From Candidatus Latescibacterota bacterium (GTDB taxonomy: Bacteria > Latescibacterota > UBA2968), in the NCBI GenBank assembly GCA_965116885.1, contig OZ220741.1, positions 5,120,001 through 5,184,000 of the forward strand: DNA of 64,000 nucleotides, read 5' to 3'. The position numbers and the translations under genes were made by a program. Shown in pieces: positions 46,530 to 56,611 of the stretch. Every line of letters starts with the position of its first letter. Positions within the stretch are counted from its first letter, which is position 1. Under the pieces are notes generated by a model that had not been told where the DNA came from, did no database searches, and saw only the letters and a program-made list of their open reading frames with translations.

Positions 46530-47528
46530 ATGATTTCCGAAATGAACCAGAATCGCAGGCAGGCTCTTCGCAGAGCACCAGGACAAAGCGCAGACCGAGT
46601 TTGCACTTCTCCCTATGTGGGCGATGAACCCTCTCTGGCCTATTACTACAAGGAGATCGAACGACATCCACTGCTCACGCCAGACGAAGAAAAAGCACTG
46701 GCAGAGCAAATTGCTCTGGGCGATCTGCCAAATGCAGGAGCTCGTGCTCGGCGGGCAGGAGAGTATGCCCGCGAAAAGCTCATCACCAGCAACCTGCGCT
46801 TTGTTATTCACATTGCCAAAAATTTTAAAAATCAAGGGCTTCCCCTGGCCGACCTCATCAATGAAGGCAACATGGGTTTGATGACTGCCGCCCGCAAATT
46901 CAAACCCGAGAAAGGTTACAAATTCATCACTTACGCAGTCTGGTGGATCAGACAGAACATCCTCAAAGCCCTCGAAGTTCAAACCCGATCTATCCGGATT
47001 CCCGGCAATGTCGTCAACGACCTCAACAAATTGCGCAAAGTCGAAGCTGACCTGACTCAACACCTCGACCGGCATCCCGATGCCGATGAACTCGCTCAAG
47101 AAACCGATCTGCCCCTCAAAAAAATCACGCACACCCTCGAATCGGCCTATAACACCGTGTCGCTGGATACCCCAATGTACGATGAAGTCGCAAACTCAGC
47201 GCCACTGGCTGCCACCCTGCAAGAAACTCTGTCAGATCCCCAAACATTGTCTCCAGAAGACGCCTATATCCAAAATACTATGCACAATGATATACACAAC
47301 GCGCTGAGTGCCTTACCCGATCGCGATCGGCAAATTCTACATCTCTACTACGGTTTTAGCGACCCGGCAGAATGCGCCGAAGTTAGCGGTTCAAAACCCG
47401 CGACTTATCAACAAATAGGTAACAAACTGGGAGTAAGCCGAGAACGGGTGCGCCAACTCAAAGAAGAGGCACTCAACCGGCTGCGGCATCCCACCCACAG
47501 TAAGCGACTTGCCACCTATTGTAGTTAA
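46530..47528 (+). CDS. RpoD/SigA-family sigma70 factor lacking region 1.1
   Basis: YYKEIERHPLLTPDEE, SNLRFV, DLINEGNMGL, KFITYAVWWIRQ, SRERVRQL; AAGGAGG SD. Confidence 0.92.
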   Translation: MISEMNQNRRQALRRAPGQSADRVCTSPYVGDEPSLAYYYKEIERHPLLTPDEEKALAEQIALGDLPNAGARARRAGEYAREKLITSNLRFVIHIAKNFKNQGLPLADLINEGNMGLMTAARKFKPEKGYKFITYAVWWIRQNILKALEVQTRSIRIPGNVVNDLNKLRKVEADLTQHLDRHPDADELAQETDLPLKKITHTLESAYNTVSLDTPMYDEVANSAPLAATLQETLSDPQTLSPEDAYIQNTMHNDIHNALSALPDRDRQILHLYYGFSDPAECAEVSGSKPATYQQIGNKLGVSRERVRQLKEEALNRLRHPTHSKRLATYCS

Positions 47529-47579
47529 AGTGAAGAATTATACACCGCTTGCCTTGTAACACATAGCCCTAAAAAAATC

Positions 47580-47611
47580 AGAGCGCCGGCAGACAGCGTC
47601 GGCGCTCTTTT
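47580..47611 (+). terminator. Intrinsic terminator after the sigma gene
   Basis: AGAGCGCCGGC...GTCGGCGCTCT-TTT. Confidence 0.7.
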
Positions 47612-47720
47612 GTATTTCTACTTGCATCTAAAGCCGAAACCTTGCTATTTATTATTCAATCTTCTTGGAACTTTGTAAACCACTGCTCGTCCAGAATATA
47701 GCTCATACAGTAAATTATCT

Positions 47721-48533
47721 ATGAAAATCCTCATCCTCTCCACACTCGGCACACTCATCCTGCTCGGCGTAGGTGTGTACATTGTTTTTTATATTTCAGA
47801 GCGCGACAAAATTGAAGGCAAATCCTTCTTCCGCCTTGAAAATCGCTGGCTCTACGGATTTTTGGGCTACGCATCTGTCATTGTCGTCACTTTTCTGATC
47901 CTGATTTTGCAAACCTCGCTCACGCGCCAGGAGCAAACCCTTGAAAATACCCAGGCGCGATTCCAACAAGAACTCACGGCTTTTCGCGAGCGACTCGGCG
48001 ACCAAACCGACCGTCTCATGTCCCAAATCAATGAAAAAGCGGAACTCACTGGATCTGAAGTCGAGGTGCGCGGCAAGCTATCCAGTGAAATCGCACATCA
48101 CCAACGCACCCGCAAAGAACTCGACGCTACACGCGAGCAATTGCGCCTCACACAGAGCGACTTAAATCGGGAAACACTCGCACATCGCGCCTATCTCGAC
48201 AGCCTCAACACCGAAAGATCGCTTCACGCATCAACCCAAAATCGGCTCAAGCGCGAGGAAGCACAACACACCAAAAACCGCGAGACATTGCGAAATACCC
48301 AACAAAAACTCGACCGCGCCAACGAGCGACTAAACGTACAAAATCGCCAGATTACAGCACTTAGAGCCGATCTCAAACGCGCGCAGGACAACGCCAATAG
48401 CGCACGCCAGATGGCCAGTCGCCTCTTACAACAATCCGCCGATCAGCAGCGGGCACTCATGATCCTTCAAGCCACCGTCGATTCTCTCTTTCTAAAAGAA
48501 TTTAAACGCCCCCGAGTTCCTTCAGACAAATAG
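47721..48533 (+). CDS. Two-TM membrane-anchored coiled-coil hypothetical protein
   Basis: Two N-terminal hydrophobic helices, then ~200 aa of Q/E/R/L heptads. Confidence 0.7.
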   Translation: MKILILSTLGTLILLGVGVYIVFYISERDKIEGKSFFRLENRWLYGFLGYASVIVVTFLILILQTSLTRQEQTLENTQARFQQELTAFRERLGDQTDRLMSQINEKAELTGSEVEVRGKLSSEIAHHQRTRKELDATREQLRLTQSDLNRETLAHRAYLDSLNTERSLHASTQNRLKREEAQHTKNRETLRNTQQKLDRANERLNVQNRQITALRADLKRAQDNANSARQMASRLLQQSADQQRALMILQATVDSLFLKEFKRPRVPSDK

Positions 48534-48552
48534 ACAAGGAGAAAAATACACC

Positions 48553-49707
48553 GTGAAACTCAAAATCCTCCTTCCCATCATTGTCCTGATCATCGGTATG
48601 CTGGGAGCTTTTGCACTTGTCAAAAGCCGAGAAGTCGTCCAGCCCAAACCAACAAAAGTGCCCCCGCCGCTCGTGCGCGTTCAATCTGTTTACCCCACAG
48701 ACTTTCAACTCGTTATTCCAGCGCAAGGCACAGTTGCCCCGCGCACGCAAACCACGCTCATCTCACAAGTGGCAGGACAGATCATTGAAGTATCGCCCGC
48801 ATTTGCCAACGGGGGATTTTTTGAAAAAGGCGATGTCCTGCTCACCATAGACCCGCGCGATTACGAAGCCGCTGTTGCACAAGCACAGGTTCAGGTCGCA
48901 CAGGCCAAATTGCGATTGGCACGCGAAGAAGAAGAATCCGCAATTGCCCGCGACGAATGGAAACGCCTGGGCACTGGAGAGCCAACCGACCTGGTTTTGC
49001 GCAAACCGCAAATTGACGAAGCCCGTGCGACCATTGCCGCTGCCAAAGGCGCATTGATGCGCGCCAGTCTCAACCTCGAACGCACGCAAATCAGAGCACC
49101 ATATCCCGGACGCGTTCGCACCAAAAATGCGGATGTCGGGCAATACGTCAATCCCGGTTCACCGCTCGGCCACATTTACGCGATCGACTATGCCGAAGTG
49201 CGCCTGCCCGTGTCCGATGATCAACTCGCGTATCTGGATCTGCCCCTATCCTTTCGCAATAATCCCCATGACCATTCAGGCCCCGATGTGCGTTTCCACG
49301 CCACATTTGCCGGACGCGAACACTCCTATATGGGACGCATTGTGCGCGTTGAAGGTGAAATTGATACGCGCTCTGGCATGATCGCGCTCGTCGGGCGCGT
49401 AGATAATCCATACCGCCAGCGCGATAGCAACACGCCGCCATTAGCTGTGGGCATGTTTGTCACGGCAGAAATCCTGGGCCATCGCGCGGAAAACGTCGTG
49501 GTCATCCCACGCGCTGCACTGCGCGGAAAAAATCGCGTCCTCGTGGTTACAGACAATCGCCTCTACTATCGAACCATCGATATCTTGCGCGCCGACGCAG
49601 AAAAAGTCGTTGTCAGAAACGGTCTAAAATCGGGCGATCAACTCTGTGTATCACCACTCGATACCGTCGTAGATGGCATGCGCGTGCGCACTGGAGGTAC
49701 ACAATGA
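48553..49707 (+). CDS. RND efflux periplasmic adaptor subunit
   Basis: QVAGQII, GDVLLTIDP, LERTQIRAPY.GRV, GEIDTRS, LAVGMFV. Confidence 0.93.
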   Translation: MKLKILLPIIVLIIGMLGAFALVKSREVVQPKPTKVPPPLVRVQSVYPTDFQLVIPAQGTVAPRTQTTLISQVAGQIIEVSPAFANGGFFEKGDVLLTIDPRDYEAAVAQAQVQVAQAKLRLAREEEESAIARDEWKRLGTGEPTDLVLRKPQIDEARATIAAAKGALMRASLNLERTQIRAPYPGRVRTKNADVGQYVNPGSPLGHIYAIDYAEVRLPVSDDQLAYLDLPLSFRNNPHDHSGPDVRFHATFAGREHSYMGRIVRVEGEIDTRSGMIALVGRVDNPYRQRDSNTPPLAVGMFVTAEILGHRAENVVVIPRAALRGKNRVLVVTDNRLYYRTIDILRADAEKVVVRNGLKSGDQLCVSPLDTVVDGMRVRTGGTQ

Positions 49708-52700
49708 AAAATGCCATTGAATGGTTTGCCCGAAACAGCGTGGCGGCCAATCTGTTGATGGTATTGATCCTGGGAGGTGGTATTCTCCTCGTATCCCGCA
49801 TTCGCATGGAAGTCTTCCCAGAGATTTCACAGGATATGATCAATGTCTCCATGATCTATCTGGGGGCTGCTCCCGAAGAAGTCGAAGAAGCCATCTGCAT
49901 ACGCATCGAAGAAGCTGTGCTGGGTCTCGACGGCATTGAGCGCATCACCTCCACGGCATCGGAGAACAGCGGTGTTGTCAACATCGAACTCGAGTCGGGT
50001 GCTGATATGCGCAAATTGCTCGACGATGTCAAAGCCCGCGTAGATGCCATCACCACGTTTCCGGTCGAAACGGAAAAACCCATCATTCGAGAAATCACCA
50101 ACCGCCGCCAGGTCATCAACGTTGCTATCTCTGGTCCGACAGATGAAAAAACCCTCAAAACAATTGGCGAGCAAGTCAGAGATGACATTGCAACCATTCC
50201 CGGCATCACACAGGTAGATCTCGTCAGCACACGCCCTTACGAAATCGCTATCGAAGTCTCGGAAAATGACCTGAGGCGTTACGACCTCACCTTTAGCGAA
50301 ATTGCCATGGCCGTGAGGCGTTTCTCAATCGATTTGCCCGGCGGCGCCATTCGAACACAGGGCGGCGAAATCCTGTTGCGCACCAAAGGGCAGGCATATC
50401 GAGGCAAAGAATTTGAATCGCTCGTCTTGCGCTCTCGGCCCGATGGCACGCATCTTCGCCTGGGCGATGTCGCCACAGTCATCGACGGATTTGCCGAAAC
50501 AGACCAATCTGCTCAATTTGATGCAGAGCCCACCGTGACGGTCAAGGTTTATCGCGTAGGCGATCAAAATGCTCTGGACATTACCGAAAAAGTCAAAGCC
50601 TATATCAATAATACACAACAGCGCATGCCCGATGGCATCAAACTCACCGTCTGGGCAGACTTTTCTCGCATCTTAAATGACCGCCTGGAACTCATGCTGC
50701 ACAATGGTCAACTGGGTTTTATCCTCGTCTTTATCGCACTGACGATGTTTCTCCGTTTACGACTCGCCTTCTGGGTCGCCCTGGGTATTCCCATCTCATT
50801 TCTCGGCGCAATCGGCCTGATGCCCTTCTTTGACATCTCCATCAACATGATCTCCCTTTTTGCATTTATCGTGGTGCTCGGCATTGTCGTAGATGATGCG
50901 GTCATCGTAGGAGAAAACATCTATCGCCATTACCAAATGGGCAAACGCGGTTTGCGTGCGGCCATTGACGGCGCGCAAGAAGTATATGTTCCCGTCATTT
51001 TTGCTATCCTCACATCTATTGCCGCCTTCTCTCCCCTGCTCACAGTTGAAGGCAGCATGGGAAAAATCATGAGACTCATTCCCATGATTGTCATCCTCAC
51101 CCTCATCTTTTCACTCATCGAATCGCTCTTTATTTTACCAGCGCATCTCGCACATGCCAAAATAGATTCAAAAAAAGACAGCGATCCCCCGCGCAAGCGC
51201 GCCATTGTCACTCTGTGGCAACGCGTTCAAAATGGCGTGGCCGATGGTTTGCTCATCGCTGTTGACCGCTATTATCGTCCCTTTCTCGAATGGGCACTCC
51301 AATGGCGATATCTAACCCTCGCAGGGGGTGTTGCCACGCTCTTTCTCACCGTGGGGCTCGTTGGCGGCGGATGGATCAAGTTCGTCTTTTTTCCCAACGT
51401 CGAAGCCGATAATATCGTAGCTATGCTCACCATGCCCCAGGGCACACCTGCCGAGGTCACTGAAAAAGCAGTGCGCCATCTGGAGGCGTCAGCGCAGCAA
51501 CTCCAACGGGAAATCGAAGGCGAGAATTCGAGTTCGGTATTTCGCCATGTTTTCGCTTCTGTGGGCGAACAACCCTATCGCGCAGCACAAGGTCCGCCCA
51601 CCGGGAATGCCGCCTCATTTTCATCGGCACATCTGGGCGAAGTCTATATTGAACTCATGCCTTCAGAAAATCGCAACATCAGCAGTGAGGAAATAGCCAA
51701 CCGCTGGCGCGAACTCACCGGCGCTATTCCCGACGCGGTCGAACTGGCCTATTCATCCTCGCTATTTTCTTCCGGAGAAGCCATCAATATCCAGTTCTCA
51801 GGCCCCGACTACGGCGAATTGCGCGAAGTTGCCGAAAAATTCAAAAGCGCGTTGAATGACTATCCCGGTGTCTTTGACATCGCGGATTCATTTCGCCCGG
51901 GGAAAGAGGAAGTGAAACTCTCCCTCACCCGACAGGCCGAAACCCTGGGCATCACATTGGCCGACCTCGCACGTCAGGTCAGACAGGCGTTTTACGGAGA
52001 AGAAGCGCAACGCATTCAGCGAGGGCGCGACGACATCCGCGTGATGGTGCGCTATCCCGAATCAGAGCGACGATCTCTGGGCAACCTCGAAGACATGCGC
52101 ATTCGCACGCCCAGCGGTGGCGAAGTGCCCTTCTCAATTGCCGCCAGAGCAGAACCCGGTCGGGGCTACGCATCCATCCGCCGTACCGACCGCCAGAGAG
52201 TTATCAACGTCACTTCCGATGTCGATATAAGCATCGCCAATGCAAACGAAATCATCGCCGAATGCACCCGCACTGTCTTGCCTCAAATACTGGCAGACCA
52301 CCCCCGCGTGCGCTACGATTTTGAAGGCCAGCAAAGAGAACAGGACGAAATGCTACAGGGACTGGCCCAAAGCTTTATTATTGCCTTACTGATCATTTAT
52401 ATTTTGCTCGCCATTCCCTTCAAATCCTATGTCCAACCCCTAATTGTGATGGGGGCCATCCCATTTGGAATCGTCGGCGCAGTCTGGGGGCATGTCGCTC
52501 TTGGATTTAATCTCTCGATTCTCTCTGTATTTGGCATCGTTGCACTTACGGGTATCGTCGTCAATGACAGTCTGGTCATGGTCGATTTTATCAACAAACA
52601 ACGCGAAAAAGGCCACGCACTTTCCGACGCCCTCCGCGAAGCCGGTGCTGTGCGTTTCCGCCCCATACTCTTGACCTCGGTCACGACATTTCTCGGCCTC

Positions 52701-52913
52701 ACGCCCCTGCTATTAGAAAAAAGCCTTCAGGCGCAATTCCTGGTGCCGATGGCCATATCCCTCGGCTTTGGCGTTCTCTTTGCAACCGTCATCACCCTCT
52801 TACTCGTCCCCATCAGCTACAATATTCTCGAAGACATCATCAACGCCTTCTACCACCTCATCGGGCGCGAACGCGGCGCATTCCGCGCCGATCTGAATCG
52901 CGCAGCAGATTAA
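49704..52913 (+). CDS. RND efflux permease (AcrB/AcrD/AcrF family)
   Basis: VAANLLM, GIVVDDAVIVGENI, GIVVNDSLVMV, RFRPILLTS; 1069 aa. Confidence 0.95.
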   Translation: MKNAIEWFARNSVAANLLMVLILGGGILLVSRIRMEVFPEISQDMINVSMIYLGAAPEEVEEAICIRIEEAVLGLDGIERITSTASENSGVVNIELESGADMRKLLDDVKARVDAITTFPVETEKPIIREITNRRQVINVAISGPTDEKTLKTIGEQVRDDIATIPGITQVDLVSTRPYEIAIEVSENDLRRYDLTFSEIAMAVRRFSIDLPGGAIRTQGGEILLRTKGQAYRGKEFESLVLRSRPDGTHLRLGDVATVIDGFAETDQSAQFDAEPTVTVKVYRVGDQNALDITEKVKAYINNTQQRMPDGIKLTVWADFSRILNDRLELMLHNGQLGFILVFIALTMFLRLRLAFWVALGIPISFLGAIGLMPFFDISINMISLFAFIVVLGIVVDDAVIVGENIYRHYQMGKRGLRAAIDGAQEVYVPVIFAILTSIAAFSPLLTVEGSMGKIMRLIPMIVILTLIFSLIESLFILPAHLAHAKIDSKKDSDPPRKRAIVTLWQRVQNGVADGLLIAVDRYYRPFLEWALQWRYLTLAGGVATLFLTVGLVGGGWIKFVFFPNVEADNIVAMLTMPQGTPAEVTEKAVRHLEASAQQLQREIEGENSSSVFRHVFASVGEQPYRAAQGPPTGNAASFSSAHLGEVYIELMPSENRNISSEEIANRWRELTGAIPDAVELAYSSSLFSSGEAINIQFSGPDYGELREVAEKFKSALNDYPGVFDIADSFRPGKEEVKLSLTRQAETLGITLADLARQVRQAFYGEEAQRIQRGRDDIRVMVRYPESERRSLGNLEDMRIRTPSGGEVPFSIAARAEPGRGYASIRRTDRQRVINVTSDVDISIANANEIIAECTRTVLPQILADHPRVRYDFEGQQREQDEMLQGLAQSFIIALLIIYILLAIPFKSYVQPLIVMGAIPFGIVGAVWGHVALGFNLSILSVFGIVALTGIVVNDSLVMVDFINKQREKGHALSDALREAGAVRFRPILLTSVTTFLGLTPLLLEKSLQAQFLVPMAISLGFGVLFATVITLLLVPISYNILEDIINAFYHLIGRERGAFRADLNRAAD

Positions 52914-53010
52914 TCCCAATCCAAAAGATTGACAAGCTATTTCAATGCGTGTACATTGCGCTCACAGTATATAAAGCTCCTGTATAGCTCAAAATTGAAA
53001 GGAATAACCA

Positions 53011-54390
53011 ATGGACATGGCCCCCAACATCATCTTTATCCTCACCGATGATCAAGGCCCCTGGGCTGCCGGATGTTATGGCAATCCAGAAATTCGCACC
53101 CCCAATCTCGACCGCATTGCTGCTACGGGTATTCGATTTGACAATTTCTTTGTCACCATCCCCGTGTGTTCGCCCAGCCGCGCCTCTTTTCTCACAGGTC
53201 GCATACCCTCACAACACGGCGTACACGACTGGATCCGCGAAGGCAACACGGGTCCCGATGCAGCTTCTTATCTGCAGGACGAAATCTGCTATACCGATAT
53301 CCTATCCGAACACGGCTGGACGTGTGGATTATCGGGCAAATGGCATCTGGGCAATAGCACCTTACCGCAGCACGGCTTCTCGCACTGGTTTGCCCATGAA
53401 AAAGGCGGTGGTCCCTACAACGACGCCACACTGGTACGCAATGGCGAACTCGTCACCGTACCGGGTTATGTGACCACCGCCATCACAGACGACGCCCTCG
53501 CATTTATCGACAATCACGCCAATAACGACAATCCCTTTTACCTCAGCGTTCACTACACAGCGCCCCACAGCCCCTGGACTGGACATCCCCAGGATATTGT
53601 CGATTCCTACGACGATTGCCCATTTGAATCCTGCCCACAAGAAGATCCACACCCCTGGGCGGGTGGCTTGAGCAATAATTTGGGCAACCGCGAAAGTCTC
53701 AAAGGCTACTTTGCCGCTGTCACCGCAATGGATTATGACGTAGGGCGCATTCTCGATAAAATCGAGGACAAGGGAATTCGCGACAACACCCTCGTTGTCT
53801 TCACCTCCGACAATGGTTTTTCCTGTGGTCACCACGGTTTTTGGGGCAAGGGCAATGGCACGCGCCCCTTAAATATGTATGAAAACTCTATCAAAGTGCC
53901 CTTCCTATCCAGCCATCCCGGCGTCATTCCCGAAGGCAGCGTACAACCCGCAATGGCTTCGGGATACGATTTTATGCCCACCCTCCTCGACTATCTCAAC
54001 TTGCCCTTACCCGAAGACCGCAACTACCCCGGCCGATCCTTCCTCGCCGCGCTAAAAGGCAAAGAAGATTCCGGACGCGACAATGTCGTTATCTACGACG
54101 AATACGGCACGACGCGCATGATTCGCACTGCCGAATGGAAATACGTACATCGCTATCCCGATGGTCCCAACGAACTCTACGACCTGCAAAACGATCCCGA
54201 CGAGCGCGACAACCTCGTTGCCGACAATGCGCAGGCCAACCGCATCAAAACGATGAAAACACAGATGGAAACGTGGTTTGCTACCTACAGCGTTCCCGAC
54301 AAAGACGGACGCGATTACAATGTCACAGGTAGCGGACAACTCCGCCCTGTCGGACAAAAATGGGAAGACGACCGCAAACCCTTTGCATAA
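53011..54390 (+). CDS. Sulfatase (Cys-type, S1 family)
   Basis: PNIIFILTDDQ, CSPSRASFLTG, GKWHLG, FTSDNG, ELYDLQNDP. Confidence 0.93.
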   Translation: MDMAPNIIFILTDDQGPWAAGCYGNPEIRTPNLDRIAATGIRFDNFFVTIPVCSPSRASFLTGRIPSQHGVHDWIREGNTGPDAASYLQDEICYTDILSEHGWTCGLSGKWHLGNSTLPQHGFSHWFAHEKGGGPYNDATLVRNGELVTVPGYVTTAITDDALAFIDNHANNDNPFYLSVHYTAPHSPWTGHPQDIVDSYDDCPFESCPQEDPHPWAGGLSNNLGNRESLKGYFAAVTAMDYDVGRILDKIEDKGIRDNTLVVFTSDNGFSCGHHGFWGKGNGTRPLNMYENSIKVPFLSSHPGVIPEGSVQPAMASGYDFMPTLLDYLNLPLPEDRNYPGRSFLAALKGKEDSGRDNVVIYDEYGTTRMIRTAEWKYVHRYPDGPNELYDLQNDPDERDNLVADNAQANRIKTMKTQMETWFATYSVPDKDGRDYNVTGSGQLRPVGQKWEDDRKPFA

Positions 54391-54423
54391 AGAGCAGTCA
54401 GTTTTCTGTCAAAGGAGGTACTG

Positions 54424-55308
54424 GTGAAAACGGGTGTGTGCAGTTACTGTTTCAATTCGATGCTGACCGAGGGTAAGATCTCTTTGATGGAGGCGATCGA
54501 GTTCGTAGGAAAGGAGACTGAGGCCGACTGCTTCGAGCCCTACTCCCCATACTGGCGTCCTGATCGAGACGTCCAAGAACAGGCGCGCGAGGCCCGGAAA
54601 CTGATGGACCGGGTGGGCCTGCAGGCCTCGTGCCATGCCCTGGCGACCGATTTCGCCGTCTATGACGAAGACGAAAATCGCGCCTGCCTGGACTGGTGTG
54701 AGAAGATGCTCCAGGTCGCCGTGATCCTCGGAGCCGATACGGTCCGAGTCGATCCCCGCACCGCCCCACCTCCCGGCAGATCCCGCGGCGATATCGATCC
54801 CGAAGACGCCCTCGCCCGCGTTGCCCAAAGCATGCAGACCGTCGCCGACATCGCTATCGAAAAAGGCTTGAAAGTCGGCGTTGAGAACCACGGAGTGCTG
54901 CTCGGACGCACGTCGCAGACCGCGCGCATCGTCGAGTGGGTCAATCGCCCCAACTTCGGCGTGAACCTCGACTTCACCAATTTCCGCACGGTCTTCGGAG
55001 AAGACCACATTGAGGCGACCCGGCTTCTCGCCAGACATGTTGTCCACATTCACGCCAAGGACTTCCACATTCGGCAGGATTCCCAACCTGGGGAGGAGTG
55101 GCGCGAAATCCCCTCGGGCGAATACGTCAAGCGCGCGATCGGCGGCGAGGGGAACTCGGGTTGGGCCGAGATCTTGCGCATCCTCAAAGATGCGGGCTAC
55201 AAGGGCACTATCTCCCTTGAGGTCTCAGATCCAGCGGACATCCGGGGCAGTGTCGCCAAAGGAGCGGCCAATTTGAAGCGTATCATTTCGGAGATGGAGC
55301 AGTTGTAA
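54424..55308 (+). CDS. Sugar phosphate isomerase/epimerase (xylose isomerase-like TIM barrel)
   Basis: VGVENHG, NLDFTNF, HIHAKD, IGGEG, ISLE; AAGGAGG SD. Confidence 0.85.
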   Translation: MKTGVCSYCFNSMLTEGKISLMEAIEFVGKETEADCFEPYSPYWRPDRDVQEQAREARKLMDRVGLQASCHALATDFAVYDEDENRACLDWCEKMLQVAVILGADTVRVDPRTAPPPGRSRGDIDPEDALARVAQSMQTVADIAIEKGLKVGVENHGVLLGRTSQTARIVEWVNRPNFGVNLDFTNFRTVFGEDHIEATRLLARHVVHIHAKDFHIRQDSQPGEEWREIPSGEYVKRAIGGEGNSGWAEILRILKDAGYKGTISLEVSDPADIRGSVAKGAANLKRIISEMEQL

Positions 55309-55366
55309 TGCCAGAGCCAGGACGTGGTTGGCCCCTTACAAACGGCATAAGACATTGGAGGATGGT

Positions 55367-56593
55367 ATGAAAGAAAAATTAGCTCTTAATGGCGGAGAAA
55401 AAACGCGCACAGATCCCTTTCCTTCGCGGACACCATTTGGAAAAAAAGAAGAAGAATTGTTGTTGGACGCCGTGCGCAGTCAAAATCTGTTTGGCAAGAG
55501 CGGCACCTATGTCAAAGATTTTGAAAAGCAATTTGCCGAATTTTACGGAATGGGATATGCACAAAGTTCGACGAGCGGCACGGCGGCTATCCATCTGGCA
55601 GTGGGCGTTGTCGATCCCGAACCGGGGGACGAAATCATCACCGCGCCCATCACCGATCCGGGCAGCGTAATGCCCATTTTAATTCAAAATGCCGTGCCCG
55701 TATTTGCTGATGTCGATCCCCTGACAATGAACATGACACCCGAATCAATTGAAGCAAATATTACAGACCGAACGCGCGCAATCATCCTCGTACACTTGTT
55801 TGGACGCCCCTGCAATGTCGAAGAAGTGGTAAAAATTGCGGAAAAATACCACATTACGCTAATCGAAGATTGTAGCCAATGCCACGCCACCAAATACAAA
55901 GGTCGCTATGTGGGAACTTTTGGACATATGGGTTGTTTTAGCTTGCAGCAGTCCAAACACATGACCACGGGCGATGGTGGGATGACGGTCACGCATGACC
56001 GAGAAACCTATATTCGCCTCAAGCTATTTTCCGATAAAGGATGGGATTATCAATATATGGCCGATCGCGATCACGCTTTTGTCGCACCCAACTATCGCAT
56101 GACCGAGATGCAGGGCGCGGTTGGCCTCGCGCAGTTGGAAAAGGTGCGCAGCGTAGTCGAAAGACGCCACGAATTAGGCGCATTGCTGTGTGAACTGATA
56201 GCCGATGCGCCGGGCATAACGCCCGTTCCCCCCGAGGGAGACCGCGAGGTTTCATGGTGGAATTTTATTTTTCACGTCACAGGTCACGATCCCGATGAAT
56301 TTTGCAAAGCCGTGCGCGCCGAAGGCGTATCTATGGGGGCGCATTATATCAAAGATCCAATTTTTATGCGCGGGAATTACCTGACCGAAAAACGCACCTA
56401 TGGAAACAGCGGATTCCCCTTTCACCACGGCGTAACAAGCCGCGAATATAACTATGGCCCAGAACTTGTTCCCGGCGCAGTACAGGCATTGAGTACAGTC
56501 GTTGTATGGGGCTTGCACGAGCACCTCGACGAAAAAGACATCCGCGACACCGCCGCCGCAATCAACAAAGTCGCAAACGGCCTGAGTAAATAG
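55367..56593 (+). CDS. DegT/DnrJ/EryC1/StrS PLP-dependent aminotransferase
   Basis: KLALNGG, TSGTAAIH, PVFADVD, IEDCSQ, FSLQQSKHMTTGDGG, NYRMTE. Confidence 0.9.
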   Translation: MKEKLALNGGEKTRTDPFPSRTPFGKKEEELLLDAVRSQNLFGKSGTYVKDFEKQFAEFYGMGYAQSSTSGTAAIHLAVGVVDPEPGDEIITAPITDPGSVMPILIQNAVPVFADVDPLTMNMTPESIEANITDRTRAIILVHLFGRPCNVEEVVKIAEKYHITLIEDCSQCHATKYKGRYVGTFGHMGCFSLQQSKHMTTGDGGMTVTHDRETYIRLKLFSDKGWDYQYMADRDHAFVAPNYRMTEMQGAVGLAQLEKVRSVVERRHELGALLCELIADAPGITPVPPEGDREVSWWNFIFHVTGHDPDEFCKAVRAEGVSMGAHYIKDPIFMRGNYLTEKRTYGNSGFPFHHGVTSREYNYGPELVPGAVQALSTVVVWGLHEHLDEKDIRDTAAAINKVANGLSK

Positions 56594-56611
56594 ATAAAAA
56601 AAGGAATCCAA

